Source of the DNA: Opitutales bacterium
GTDB lineage: Bacteria > Verrucomicrobiota > Verrucomicrobiia > Opitutales > PNEW01
Assembly (NCBI GenBank): GCA_965197745.1
Contig: CBDANS010000007.1
Location: forward strand, 736,001-800,000
Length of the DNA: 64,000 nt
Reading direction: 5' to 3'
Below the pieces are notes generated by a model that worked only from the letters and a program-made list of their open reading frames with translations, made no database searches and was not told the DNA's origin. Both the position numbers and the translations under genes were made by a program. Shown here in pieces: positions 29,960-40,238 of this stretch. Positions within the stretch are counted from its first letter, which is position 1. Every line of letters starts with the position of its first letter.

Positions 29960-32512
29960 TTAATTTTGTAAGTGAGAGGGCAACTCAAGAATACTCAAGT
30001 CATCAATCCAAAAATAGTCATTAGGTTCTTGGTTATTAATTTCTAGCAACAGATAACCGTTAATTGCATTATCAGGAGCTTCAGCAAGAATAGCGAGACG
30101 CGTCCAATCCTGTATGTTTCCGTAAGGAAGTCGATCTCTTGGTTGTAAATCATAGTAATTCCCTTGTCGATCACGCCATCTAACCGTGAGAGCTAATTTG
30201 CTGGCTGGACTAATCACACCTTTATGCCAAGACGTAAACAGATATGACCGTCCAGGCAAAACGGGTACCATTTGATAAATTAAAGTTGCATCCGAACCTC
30301 TAACCTCCATACCCCATTCGCCGGTCCGCGCGGCATAGTGATTTAAACTTATGCGTACTGACTTTGCAGGTCTTATATTAATTATCCATTTGTTCGGCCA
30401 AAGAACGAACTCATCAATATCCGATACTCTGGTTATCTCAAGATCTGTATTATGTAAAATTTCTCGGGCAAGCGAATGATTTTCGAGATAGGATTGAAGG
30501 ATAAACAGGTCATCTTTTGTTTCTTTATTTGCAAATTGTAATAGTGGCAGACCTTCTTCTTCCCACTGCTGATTATATTTAGCCCACTCTAAAGCGTTAA
30601 CTATAACTCGATCTGCGGGGTCAGAGTTAAATAGATAATCAAAGTCAGAAAGATATTGGTTCAATGGATGAGATGATTTGAGACGATGATTATGATCTTG
30701 TAAATTTTTCTTAATATCCCAGTAATTAATAAGCACATCCTGCAGAGTTTGGATATCCTCCAAAGTATCAATTCGTTTTCGTGCCAAAACATTTTTAGCA
30801 TTTTGGTACTCGACTAATAACTCAGTCATTCGAAAGGCTTCGGAAACCAGTTCTACACGTTTTTGGACTATGGGGTGAATTGCTTGTGAAAGAGCACCAT
30901 CAAGGATCCTTCGTAATTTTACACATACTTTGCTAGAGAAAAGAGTTGCTTGGTTCACGTCTTTAAAATACTTGATCCAACGAGCGGGTACAGGTTGATT
31001 CAACCATTGCTCTTCACATTTCTCGAAGAAACGCCGCATGGGTCTGGCGGTTTCCTGGAAATAATTATGGTAATATTCATCGAGTAGCTTTTCTGAAGAT
31101 TGATTTATATTCCAAAGTAACTTCGCGGCTAACCAGAGTTTAGGTCCATCGAATCCCCAAATAGGATTGGTTTCAGCGTAAAAAGCACGCACTCCAGTAT
31201 TATAAGCATACTTCAAACTTTCAGTTTCCAGAGAAAAATAAATCCGTGGGATTGTGTATCGAAATCCATAGTAGTAATCGTAGATGCCAATAATTTCCGG
31301 TCCAGCATTTACCCATCGTTGTATAAGCGCCTTATCCTCTTTCTTGAATACAGGATCATACCATTGACTGCGGTCGGCAGTGAGGTAGGGTAAGACCTTG
31401 GGTTCTACGGGAAATGTCGGCGTATTTTCACACCAGAAGTAGGCCAGGCAACCAAGATATTTATCGGGATAAGAGGTGGCTAACTTTAGGGCTGCTTCAT
31501 TCATAAAATTGAATACGTAATCGGAATAGTCGGGTCGACCGCGAAAAAATCGCTTAGGTTCTACGAGACCTGAAGTGATAGGAGTGTCGCCTAATCGGAC
31601 ATTATCATTAAGCCCCAATGAAAAGCTGATTGTATTCTTATTATCTTCGAAATGTTTTTCTGCAAACTCTACAGCTTCTTTGGCGACTTCACTATTAGTT
31701 AAATCGGGTTGCCATAGTGTATCTTCTGGCCCTTTAGGACGATATCGCTTACCATTGACAACTGGAAACCACTCGGGATGATCCTCATAATCCTGGGGAC
31801 GTATGACGCGATGGATATTGTGGTGGAATGCAAATCGCCCACGCAATAAATTGCGACGCATCCATAGTTCACTTCCTTCCCCGCTCATTCCGCTAAATTC
31901 GCGTGAGAGAAAATCAGGTTTAACATTTTCATCGATTAAGGGTAATACCCAGGATGTCTTCTTGGAAATATGCTCACCCAATTCCGTGGGTAAATACCAA
32001 CGTACCCCTCCGTATTTCTGCAGAAACCAGTAAACAGCAAAAGCCGTAGCATCCGGTGTTAATCCTGCAAGAATTAGTCTATCGCCATCTGTACGTATAA
32101 AGAAAGAATCTTTATCTATTAAATTACTTAACAAATCTAAATTTTTTACCAATTGTGTATTACCAATAAAGATTCCAGCCGTATCTTGATAGAGATGTTC
32201 TTGAATTATAGTATAAGTATGACCAGACATAGAATTGAGAACACGTGCAAAATCTTCAGCTATTTCTTGTTCAAGAGTATTCGAATTCTTTGGCAGTACT
32301 ATCTGCAATCTAGGTCCAGATTCATTAAAAACTGTAATTGGTTTTGAATCGGATATATGGTGACCAATTAAAAAAGAAAAAAAACATAAGACAGTTCTAT
32401 AATACATGCAATGTTTTGATATTACTCTACCTATTGCATAGATATCTCGGAACTGTATCATAATTGAAATTACATAAGAAGATACATGTAAGGTAATGAA
32501 AAAAAACCTCAT
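29960..32512 (-). CDS. DUF4838-like putative carbohydrate-active protein with a C-terminal CBM-like domain
   Basis: ATAFAVYWFLQKYGGVRW, QPDLTN, SLGLND, LAY pattern recognised by eye; start uncertain. Confidence 0.65.
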   Translation of the reverse strand: MRFFFITLHVSSYVISIMIQFRDIYAIGRVISKHCMYYRTVLCFFSFLIGHHISDSKPITVFNESGPRLQIVLPKNSNTLEQEIAEDFARVLNSMSGHTYTIIQEHLYQDTAGIFIGNTQLVKNLDLLSNLIDKDSFFIRTDGDRLILAGLTPDATAFAVYWFLQKYGGVRWYLPTELGEHISKKTSWVLPLIDENVKPDFLSREFSGMSGEGSELWMRRNLLRGRFAFHHNIHRVIRPQDYEDHPEWFPVVNGKRYRPKGPEDTLWQPDLTNSEVAKEAVEFAEKHFEDNKNTISFSLGLNDNVRLGDTPITSGLVEPKRFFRGRPDYSDYVFNFMNEAALKLATSYPDKYLGCLAYFWCENTPTFPVEPKVLPYLTADRSQWYDPVFKKEDKALIQRWVNAGPEIIGIYDYYYGFRYTIPRIYFSLETESLKYAYNTGVRAFYAETNPIWGFDGPKLWLAAKLLWNINQSSEKLLDEYYHNYFQETARPMRRFFEKCEEQWLNQPVPARWIKYFKDVNQATLFSSKVCVKLRRILDGALSQAIHPIVQKRVELVSEAFRMTELLVEYQNAKNVLARKRIDTLEDIQTLQDVLINYWDIKKNLQDHNHRLKSSHPLNQYLSDFDYLFNSDPADRVIVNALEWAKYNQQWEEEGLPLLQFANKETKDDLFILQSYLENHSLAREILHNTDLEITRVSDIDEFVLWPNKWIINIRPAKSVRISLNHYAARTGEWGMEVRGSDATLIYQMVPVLPGRSYLFTSWHKGVISPASKLALTVRWRDRQGNYYDLQPRDRLPYGNIQDWTRLAILAEAPDNAINGYLLLEINNQEPNDYFWIDDLSILELPSHLQN

Positions 32513-32514
32513 TT

Positions 32515-33141
32515 TTACCTAATAACTGTCTTCCAAATATACCCCAAGTCTTTCCAAAATTTATAATTACTAACATACTCGCGATTGATGCGGACCTTTT
32601 CAGGCCAGATCACTTCGTCATTGTATTTTTCAGGTTTAGTTTGCTCAGCCAGTAATTTTTCTTCATTGCGAAAATGTAAGGTGGCTGGACCGGTAATGCC
32701 TGGACGCACACTTAAAATGATGCGGTCTTTTCCCACGAGTTTGTCTGCGTAACCCGGAATATCTGGACGAGGGCCAACAAAACTCATTTGTCCAATTATA
32801 ATATTAAACAATTGGGGTAGTTCATCGAGCTTTGTCTTTCTTAAATATCGTCCGATGTTGGTAATTCGTGGATCGTTCTCAGAAGTGACATTGGTATGAG
32901 GTCCCAAATCATTTCGCATAGTTCGAAATTTACATACCCGAAAAATTCGACCATTACAGCCAATACGATGCTGGAGGAATATTCCGCTTTGCTTAGTACT
33001 AAACGATGTAAGCACATAAAGAATCAACATTAACCACCCTGTCAGCAGTAAACCAATAAATGCCCCTAGTAAATCAAAGCTTCGCTTGGCGATTCTCTGT
33101 TGCAAAGTCAAATTCCCTTTGCGGTATTCATATATACCCAT
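32515..33141 (-). CDS. Bacterial sugar transferase (initiating phosphoglycosyl transferase)
   Basis: KRSFD, KFRTM, DELPQL, MSFVGPRP, RPGITG. Confidence 0.95.
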   Translation of the reverse strand: MGIYEYRKGNLTLQQRIAKRSFDLLGAFIGLLLTGWLMLILYVLTSFSTKQSGIFLQHRIGCNGRIFRVCKFRTMRNDLGPHTNVTSENDPRITNIGRYLRKTKLDELPQLFNIIIGQMSFVGPRPDIPGYADKLVGKDRIILSVRPGITGPATLHFRNEEKLLAEQTKPEKYNDEVIWPEKVRINREYVSNYKFWKDLGYIWKTVIR

Positions 33142-33982
33142 ATCGATCCAAAGTATCTCCTATTAGTGGCAGCAAATCTTTCTGAATTTCACCATATGTG
33201 AATCTTTTTCGCCAATTTCCCACACTCTTGTCAGATACGCTAGCGGTAATTCGCTCTAAATCTATGCTCGTTGAGCTGATCTCAAGAAAATTCAGAATCC
33301 TTTTGAACTCTTTTGCTGGATCGCGAACGAACTTCTCATACTTTAGACGACATATTCGATCTTCAGATATTCTCTGTAACCCGCGTTCGGAATTCTCAAT
33401 GCAGCGTTGCCATTGAAGGGCAGCAACCTGCTCTAAACTCTGTGATTTCAGTGCATTCTCAAACCCTTTAAATCGTGGACCCCAAAAGGCCAGTTGTTTA
33501 TTACTTGAAAAGACTTTTATTAACCTATTCATAGCGTAGTGAATGGCATAGTAGGGCAAATCACATAATGGAACATAACAGGCTTTTTTCATCAGGTAGA
33601 CGGGATCTAAAGATGCCTTCCATCGCTTTAATGCAGAGGCCACAACATCTCTACCATCCCGAAAAATGAAAAGGTATCTTGCTTCAGGTAAAACTTTATT
33701 CACGAACTCAACTCGCAATGAATTAGCGCACGTCTTCTCGACTACATTATCAACGGACAGTTTCTTAGCTATAAATTCAAAACGGTTCCTGATGTAATCA
33801 CGTACCACGGGGTGCGCCATATCTTCTGATAGTTCATCTGTTATTTCCGACCTATTTCCGTGCCTCCAAATATAATTGATCTCATCACAAGGCCAAGTTC
33901 CAAATTTAGGTAACGTACAGAGTAGGTCACGCAAAATATTAGTACCACTACGCCCAGCTCCGATGATGATAACGGGTTTCAT
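33128..33982 (-). CDS. Sulfotransferase
   Basis: GAGRSGT PAPS-binding loop; RDGRDVVAS. Confidence 0.9.
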   Translation of the reverse strand: MKPVIIIGAGRSGTNILRDLLCTLPKFGTWPCDEINYIWRHGNRSEITDELSEDMAHPVVRDYIRNRFEFIAKKLSVDNVVEKTCANSLRVEFVNKVLPEARYLFIFRDGRDVVASALKRWKASLDPVYLMKKACYVPLCDLPYYAIHYAMNRLIKVFSSNKQLAFWGPRFKGFENALKSQSLEQVAALQWQRCIENSERGLQRISEDRICRLKYEKFVRDPAKEFKRILNFLEISSTSIDLERITASVSDKSVGNWRKRFTYGEIQKDLLPLIGDTLDRYGYI

Positions 33983-34801
33983 AGTTTAAATACCAACAGT
34001 TTTAAGCAATGGCTCTAACTGGTTGATAGGAATCTGTGTTCCACACGCACAGGTTTTTCGGCCGTTGTATGCATATATCCCAGTTCATGGTAGAAGATTA
34101 CGGGACGGAAAAAGGAATCAAGAATGAACAGGTTAATGACAAGGGTTGTATTCGATTGAAATGAAGGAGGTGATGCTATTAGAAGATCTGAGTAATACCT
34201 AATGAACGAACACTGCCTACTATCTTGCATAAGCTTATCTAATCATTGACGATGAGAAAAAGGATAGGCTATGATCTGTGTGATAAAATTCCTGATCAAC
34301 ATTCTTTTTTCTAATTACCCGAGAGGGTAAACCCATTTATCCTTACATGAATATACTACAAGACAGTCTTTCTTAATTTTCTCACAGTGGAACCGGGATA
34401 ACCTTTTCTCAGGTCGCTGCAATCTAGGTTTTTGCTAACGACTTCCTCGACCACCGGCTTTAGCTATACATTTTTTTAAAACTAATAGATAATATTTTAT
34501 AAAATTATAGAGAGGCACAAGCTAGCTGAGTTTCCTCGTTCTGCAAACGGTTCTATCTCATTTTCAATCCCAATCCTTTAGATTTTTGTGATGAAGTAAA
34601 TAATCATGTACTTGTAGATAAACTAGCGGTACTAAATTTATCATTGAAATTAACAAGCCAATAAAATCATCTAATAATTTATTAGATGCTGGAATAATTA
34701 AATTATAGATGTTCCTTTTACTACTTATGTATTAGCTCTATTAGATTTCCCAAAAAACTCATCAATTGTTTAATTCACACCAAAAATACTGTAAATAGCG
34801 T

Positions 34802-36152
34802 TGATCGGACCCCGTATTTCGTATCAAATTTTAAGTGAGAGAACTACCGGGTGTTAATGGTTTTAGGATTGATGTATATGAGAGATCTTGGCGCAGTGAG
34901 GGCGTAGCCCGAACGCGGCCAAGAGCGGAAAGGAATGTGACAAACTCTTGTGGGCTTTTAAAGCCTAATCGACTGTGGGGATGTTCATTGTTATAGGTCT
35001 GACGCCATTGTTCTATTAGCACTTGCGCTTCAGCCACGCTGAGCAACACTTCACGGTTCAAACACTCATCGCGTAAGCGGTTGTGAAACGACTCGATGAA
35101 ACCGTTTTGCCAGGGACTGCCCGGATCGATATATATCGCCTTGATCTTTTTGTCGGACAACCACTGCTGCACCTGATGAGCAATGAATGGCTTCGCATGT
35201 CGTCGCTTCGCTCCTCGGAACACTGCCGTTGTCACTGCGGATATAGCTAGGAACTCCCTCTTCATCGATGGTTTCGCTGAGTACCGAGAGAACATCGGTT
35301 GAGGTGAGCTGTCGAGCTACCCGGATGCGTAAACATTTACGCGTATATGTCTTCGCTTCGCTTGAGTGTCGTCGCTTTCAGCTCCTCGGTACATCGATCA
35401 AGGTCATCATCTTTAGCATACCGCCATTGTCTGTACGATCATGGACAAAGTCCCAGGACCAGACGTGATTGCGACCGGTTGCTTTAGTAGGGAGCCCAGT
35501 AGAGATCCCCTGACGGTGTCTACGCTTTTTCGGTGGCTTTACCTGTAAGCCCGAAGAACGTCGCACTGCCTGTACAAATTTCCTGCTTGCCGCCCAACCT
35601 TCTTTCACCAGCAAGGCACGAATGCGCCGGTAACCGTAACGGGGATGTTCCCAGGACAAGGTCAAAATCCGCTCGGCCAATTGCTGAGCCTTCTTACTGG
35701 CCTGCTTGGGTCGGTAGCTGTACGTTGACCAACTGAGGCTGAGATAAGCACAAGCCCTCTAAAACGAGCACAGCCCCTTCTCAGCCGCATCTTTTACTGC
35801 TCGCTTCTTCTGCTTTGGGCTCACCATTTTTTTGAGAGCGTTTCCTCCAACACCCGAAGCTTGAGCATTTGATCAGCGAGCATCTTCTTCAGCTCCGTAT
35901 TCTCCTTTTCCAGCTCTTTAAATCGCTTCGCATCAGCCAGCTCCAAGTTGCCATACTTTTTGCCCCAGCGATAGAAGGTCTGTTCACTTAGGTTGTTGCC
36001 GTGGCAGACTTCCTGCACGGTTTTGCCCGTATCGGGCTGCCGCAGTATTGCTATGATCTGTTCTGTTGTATATCTTTTTCTTTTCATTGAGGTTATCTGT
36101 TTATCCCGATAACCTCTCTCTGTTAATGATACCATTTTTGGGGGTCACTCCA
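34802..36152 (-). mobile_element. Degenerate IS3-family insertion sequence
   Basis: Imperfect IRs TGATCGGACCCC..GTATCA / TGGAGTGACCCC..GTATCA. OrfA MKRKRYTTEQII..KKW with an A7 run. OrfB with WSWDF, SDNG and PWQNGFIESF, broken by a TAG and two short inserts. Confidence 0.92.
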
Positions 36153-37430
36153 CCTGCAATTACATTGCTGAAAAAGCTGTTTCTGCTCCTGCCCTGGATC
36201 CTCGCGGGAATCTTTATGCTTATCAGCATTCTTAACCCGGCTTACGAGAGATATTTTTTACCCAATACTCAAGACGCTTTTCGAAGAATAGATTACAATA
36301 ATTTATTACCCTCAACGGTAGATGTGGTGCGAACAACAGAGAAAGTTTCACTCTTAACCGGTGTGATGGCGCTCTCTGTTGCCTTGTTCTATCTCGTGCG
36401 TCGAAGACGGGATATACGTCTTATACTGAATATCATCTTCATCAACAGCCTTGTCTTAGGCATTGTCGGTACGGTGTTTAACCTGATGGGAACTGACCGT
36501 ATTCTTGGAATGTTTGATCCCGTCAATACCATGTTTTTTTCCAGTTTTCGCTACCACAACCACTGGGCTGGGTTTACTCTCCTTTGCCTTGGTGTGGGGC
36601 TGGCGCTTTACAGCTACTATCACAGTAAAGACGATGCCAGGAAAAGTCGGTCTCGTACATCCACTTTTTTTCTCGGGATGTTATTTTTTTTAGCGTTGAG
36701 TATCCCTTTATCGGGGGGGCGCACGGGCATGCTTCTGCTAATTGTCATGGGGGTATTATTTTTCTTCAGGCTTTGGTGGAGTGAAATTCAAAAGCGCCGA
36801 AGGGGATATCACAGAAGATACTTATTAACTAAGTTAGTCGCAGTCGTCACTGTCGTCATGGTCGTCACCTGGCTGATTTATCAACTCGGTGAGGAGATGA
36901 TCCAAGTTCGCTGGGAAAAATCGATTCATCAGTATGAAGATATATTAAGGGGTGAGGCAATGGAAATGCGGGTATATTCCACACGTGACACACAGGGTAT
37001 GGCGTTGGACAAACCCTGGTGGGGTTGGGGTTTAGGTTCTTTTACCTACGCTTTTAAACTTTATGCGGGACCTGAGTTCTACCGTGGAAAACACTATTTA
37101 CGCATGGAGTTCGCCCACCAGGACTGGCTGCAGTATTGGGCCGAATTGGGGACTGTGGGTTTTGCCGCCTTGTTAGCTCTCCCCGTATTCATTGTCATTA
37201 TTGTTTTGAGACGAGGAAAGTCCAACCCGGTTACGGGCTGGCTAGCGGTCGGTTGCGGCCTGATCCTCGTAATGGCTTGTTTTGAATTCCCCCTGAGCAA
37301 CCCGGCGATTATCGCCCTGTTTTTTATACTCGGAACTCTCGCCGCGAAGTATGCGTTATTAGAAAGTCAAATGTCAAAGGTCGAAGGTCGAAGGCGGGAT
37401 GGGGAAATGGGTGAAAGCGATAAAGGGTGA
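36153..37430 (+). pseudogene. O-antigen ligase-like membrane protein, probably 5'-truncated by the IS3
   Basis: SGGRTG, GWGLGSF, AHQDWLQ..AELG; the first ~29 codons of the track ORF lie inside the IS. Confidence 0.8.
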
Positions 37431-37575
37431 ATGCGGATTGATGCAGGATACAGGATGCAAGATGCAGGGTAATATAACCGCTTATATACCTATTCGCTTC
37501 AACGCATGTACGCATGCTCTCGTTTACACATATACCTTAGACTTTAGACCTTCGACTTTCGACAAAATCGAATAT

Positions 37576-37956
37576 TCAATTCGATTTTAATACCGCATCA
37601 TATTTCGCTTTATTGGCAAATAGGAGGTAGATATTCAAAGCGGTTACGATGAGGGCGACGGGGATGCCTTTGAGGTCGAGGGCGAGATGGTAGAGGATAA
37701 TATTGACACTGAAGGGTGCGAGCAGGAGGAGAGCGAGAGCGACATAGCGGTTTATAAGTAACATCACTCCGACCCCGATTTTTACGACCCCGATCATGGG
37801 GAAGATGTATCCGGACTCCGCGAAAGCTCCTAAGAGTTTACCGGCGTCTTCCGGCGGTTCAGGCATAGGCATGAAATGAAAAAAGGTGTTCAATCCAAAT
37901 AGAAGAAGGATCACACCGAGAAGAATACGAGCAACGAGATCAATTTTTGACTTCAT
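37576..37956 (-). CDS. DoxX family membrane protein
   Basis: ARILLG..FGLN.F, multiple TMs, P..VNI..YH. Confidence 0.8.
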   Translation of the reverse strand: MKSKIDLVARILLGVILLLFGLNTFFHFMPMPEPPEDAGKLLGAFAESGYIFPMIGVVKIGVGVMLLINRYVALALLLLAPFSVNIILYHLALDLKGIPVALIVTALNIYLLFANKAKYDAVLKSN

Positions 37957-38137
37957 ACATTTTAATTTACAGGAAGATCGGGGAGGACGGGAAGAAAATT
38001 ATAGCCACAAAAAGCACAAAATGAGAGAGGGAATTGGCTGACAGATGTCGTCACGTTAAAGCAAGATGTACAATATATTTAACCACGAATGACACGGATA
38101 TCTAATATATATAAAGGAGTTGAATAGGGGATTAATG

Positions 38138-38972
38138 AGGAGTCTAAAGTCGAATGTCTAATGTCGAAAGTCGGAAAACGAAGAATTTTTACAGGAAGAT
38201 CCAGCCGTCGCCAAGGCTATGGCCTGGCAGGCGGGAAGAACGGGAAGAAAATAATAGCCACATTTCAGGAAGAGAATAAACCACGAATGGACGCGAATTA
38301 GCGCGGATTACCACGGATATTTTATATAGAGAAGAGTTAATTAGCCACCAACCGTCGTCCCGCGGTGGCGGGACTATGGTCGGCAAAGCAAGATGCACTA
38401 CCAGAGCACAGCGAGATTTTCTAATGACACAAGATACCTTCAGGTGAAAGTTAGTGCTTAATCGCAAAAGCTCAGCAGTAGCTGAGCTTCGGCTGTTCCT
38501 TACCGTTTTTTTAATTTTGATTTAAAAAACCGCGTAAAGGATTATCCGTATCAGTTCCGCTCGCGTGCGCGTGCGGGATGACTTTGCGATGAAGCATCGT
38601 ATTTCACCTTTTCTTAACTTCATGTATTTAAATCCGCGACATCTGCGTAATCCGCGTCTCCGCGACATCCGCGTAATCTGCGGTCAGATATTTCCGTCTT
38701 TCCCGCTTGCCACGCCATAGCTCACTAGAGCGACGGTGGGATCTTCCTGTAAAATCCCTCTCTTTTTTTGTGTCTCTTGCCTGCCGGTCATAGTCACGGC
38801 GTCAGTTGTTCATATCCGCGAAAGTATAAAAAAGGAATAATGATGTGTTATAAAGTGGAATCTCGGACGCAATCGGCCGTCGTCCTTACAAATACAGGAC
38901 TATGGCCGACAGGCACCATGCGTCCCTCCAGAAAAAGGAATATCGACTTTTGACATTAGACCTTCGACTTGA
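38138..38972. repeat. Multi-layer nested repeat element
   Basis: Heptamer arms outside, two kinds of 9-mer arms inside, central structured core. Confidence 0.85.
38439..38610. other. ~175-nt four-way-junction element, copy 1
   Basis: Near-identical to 39988-40162 and 42623-42797. Confidence 0.8.
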
Positions 38973-38998
38973 TCCTCCATCATTCAAACGATGGAGGA

Positions 38999-39685
38999 TC
39001 AAAATTTATATCCATGTAGCTCGATTTCTTTTCGGAAATGGGTTTCGATGATTAATCGCTGTTTTTCGTTGAGGACTTCTTGATAGGGTCTTTTGTCTTT
39101 TCGGAATTCGGATTTTGCATGGACGTGGAGTGATCCGTCAAAGGGAATGCCGAGATGATTAAAGACTTCGCTGAGTTCCTGGTTTAAATTCTCATTCCGA
39201 ACAACTCGATCAACGATGATCTCACCTTTGTCATTCGTGTATTTTTGGAAGCTTACTGGAAATTCACCTCGGGAGAAATACTCATCTAAAGAGAGCCTAC
39301 CGCCACTGCGGTTTCTTTTCATATAATAATGGGACAATGTCTTGTCCCAGGAGTTTCTCTCTACACAAAATTTGTAGTAGCTATCCCAGATTTCTGCAGG
39401 CAGATATTTTTTAATTAATTTTGCAGGAATATGATTAAAGTATTTTATCCCGGAAAAAAAATGTTCAATGGTTCTTCTCTTCCTTTTCCATTTCATGGCC
39501 ACCATTTCCGTAAAAGGATTGAATAAACCTTTATAGTTTCGCGGTTCATGAAGTTCATCGGGTGGATTAAGGGGTGTGACAATATCATTTTCACCACAAT
39601 GTTGAGATAAATAAATTTCAATGCTGGAACCCGCTGTTTTTTCCATCTTTATAAAGATGAATTTATACTTATGGGAGAGGATCAT
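38999..39685 (-). CDS. Sulfotransferase family 2 protein
   Basis: MILSHKYKFIFIK..KTAGSSI; YKFCVERN.WD...S. Confidence 0.85.
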   Translation of the reverse strand: MILSHKYKFIFIKMEKTAGSSIEIYLSQHCGENDIVTPLNPPDELHEPRNYKGLFNPFTEMVAMKWKRKRRTIEHFFSGIKYFNHIPAKLIKKYLPAEIWDSYYKFCVERNSWDKTLSHYYMKRNRSGGRLSLDEYFSRGEFPVSFQKYTNDKGEIIVDRVVRNENLNQELSEVFNHLGIPFDGSLHVHAKSEFRKDKRPYQEVLNEKQRLIIETHFRKEIELHGYKF

Positions 39686-39987
39686 TGTGACTAGGAGTCA
39701 AAGGTCGAAGGTCTAAAGTCGAAAGTCTGAAAAATGAAGATTTTTGCAAGACGGCCGGAAAGAAAAGAATAGCCACATTTCAGGAAGAGAATAAACCACG
39801 AATGGACACTAATTTACACGAATATTATTTAAAGGATGAGAAAGAAAGAGATAGCCACCAGCCGATGCCGAGGCTATGGCAGGCAGGCAAGAGGCACCTA
39901 CCGACTTCCCGCAGTGGCGGGACTATGGCCAGCAAAGCAAGATGCACTACTGGAGCACAGCGAGATTTTCCAATGACACAAGAAAAC

Positions 39988-40162
39988 TTCAGGTGAAATT
40001 TGGTGCTTAATCGCAAAAGCTCAGCAATAGCTGAGCTTCGGCTGTTCCTTATCGCTTTTTTTAAATTTTGATTTAAAAAACCGCGTACAGGAATATCCGT
40101 ATCAGTTCCGCTCGCGTAGCAGTGCGGATGACTTTGCGATGAAGCAACGTATTTCACCTGAA
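39988..40162. other. ~175-nt four-way-junction element, copy 2
   Basis: Outer stem TTCAGGTGAAA..TGCTTAATCGCAAA / TTTGCGATGAAGCA..TTTCACCTGAA. Confidence 0.8.
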
Positions 40163-40238
40163 TTAAACCCAAAATTAGTATCCGCGATATTCGCGTCATC
40201 CGCGGTTAGATCTTTCTGCATTTTTCTTCTATGGTGCT

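Noticed and set aside
33983..34801. Gene in the AT-rich gap next to IS3
   Set aside because: Only short interrupted frames with no recognisable motif; possibly a decayed remnant.
39851..39985. CRISPR array
   Set aside because: Repeats are only ~9 nt, the spacers are related hairpins, and no cas gene was seen.
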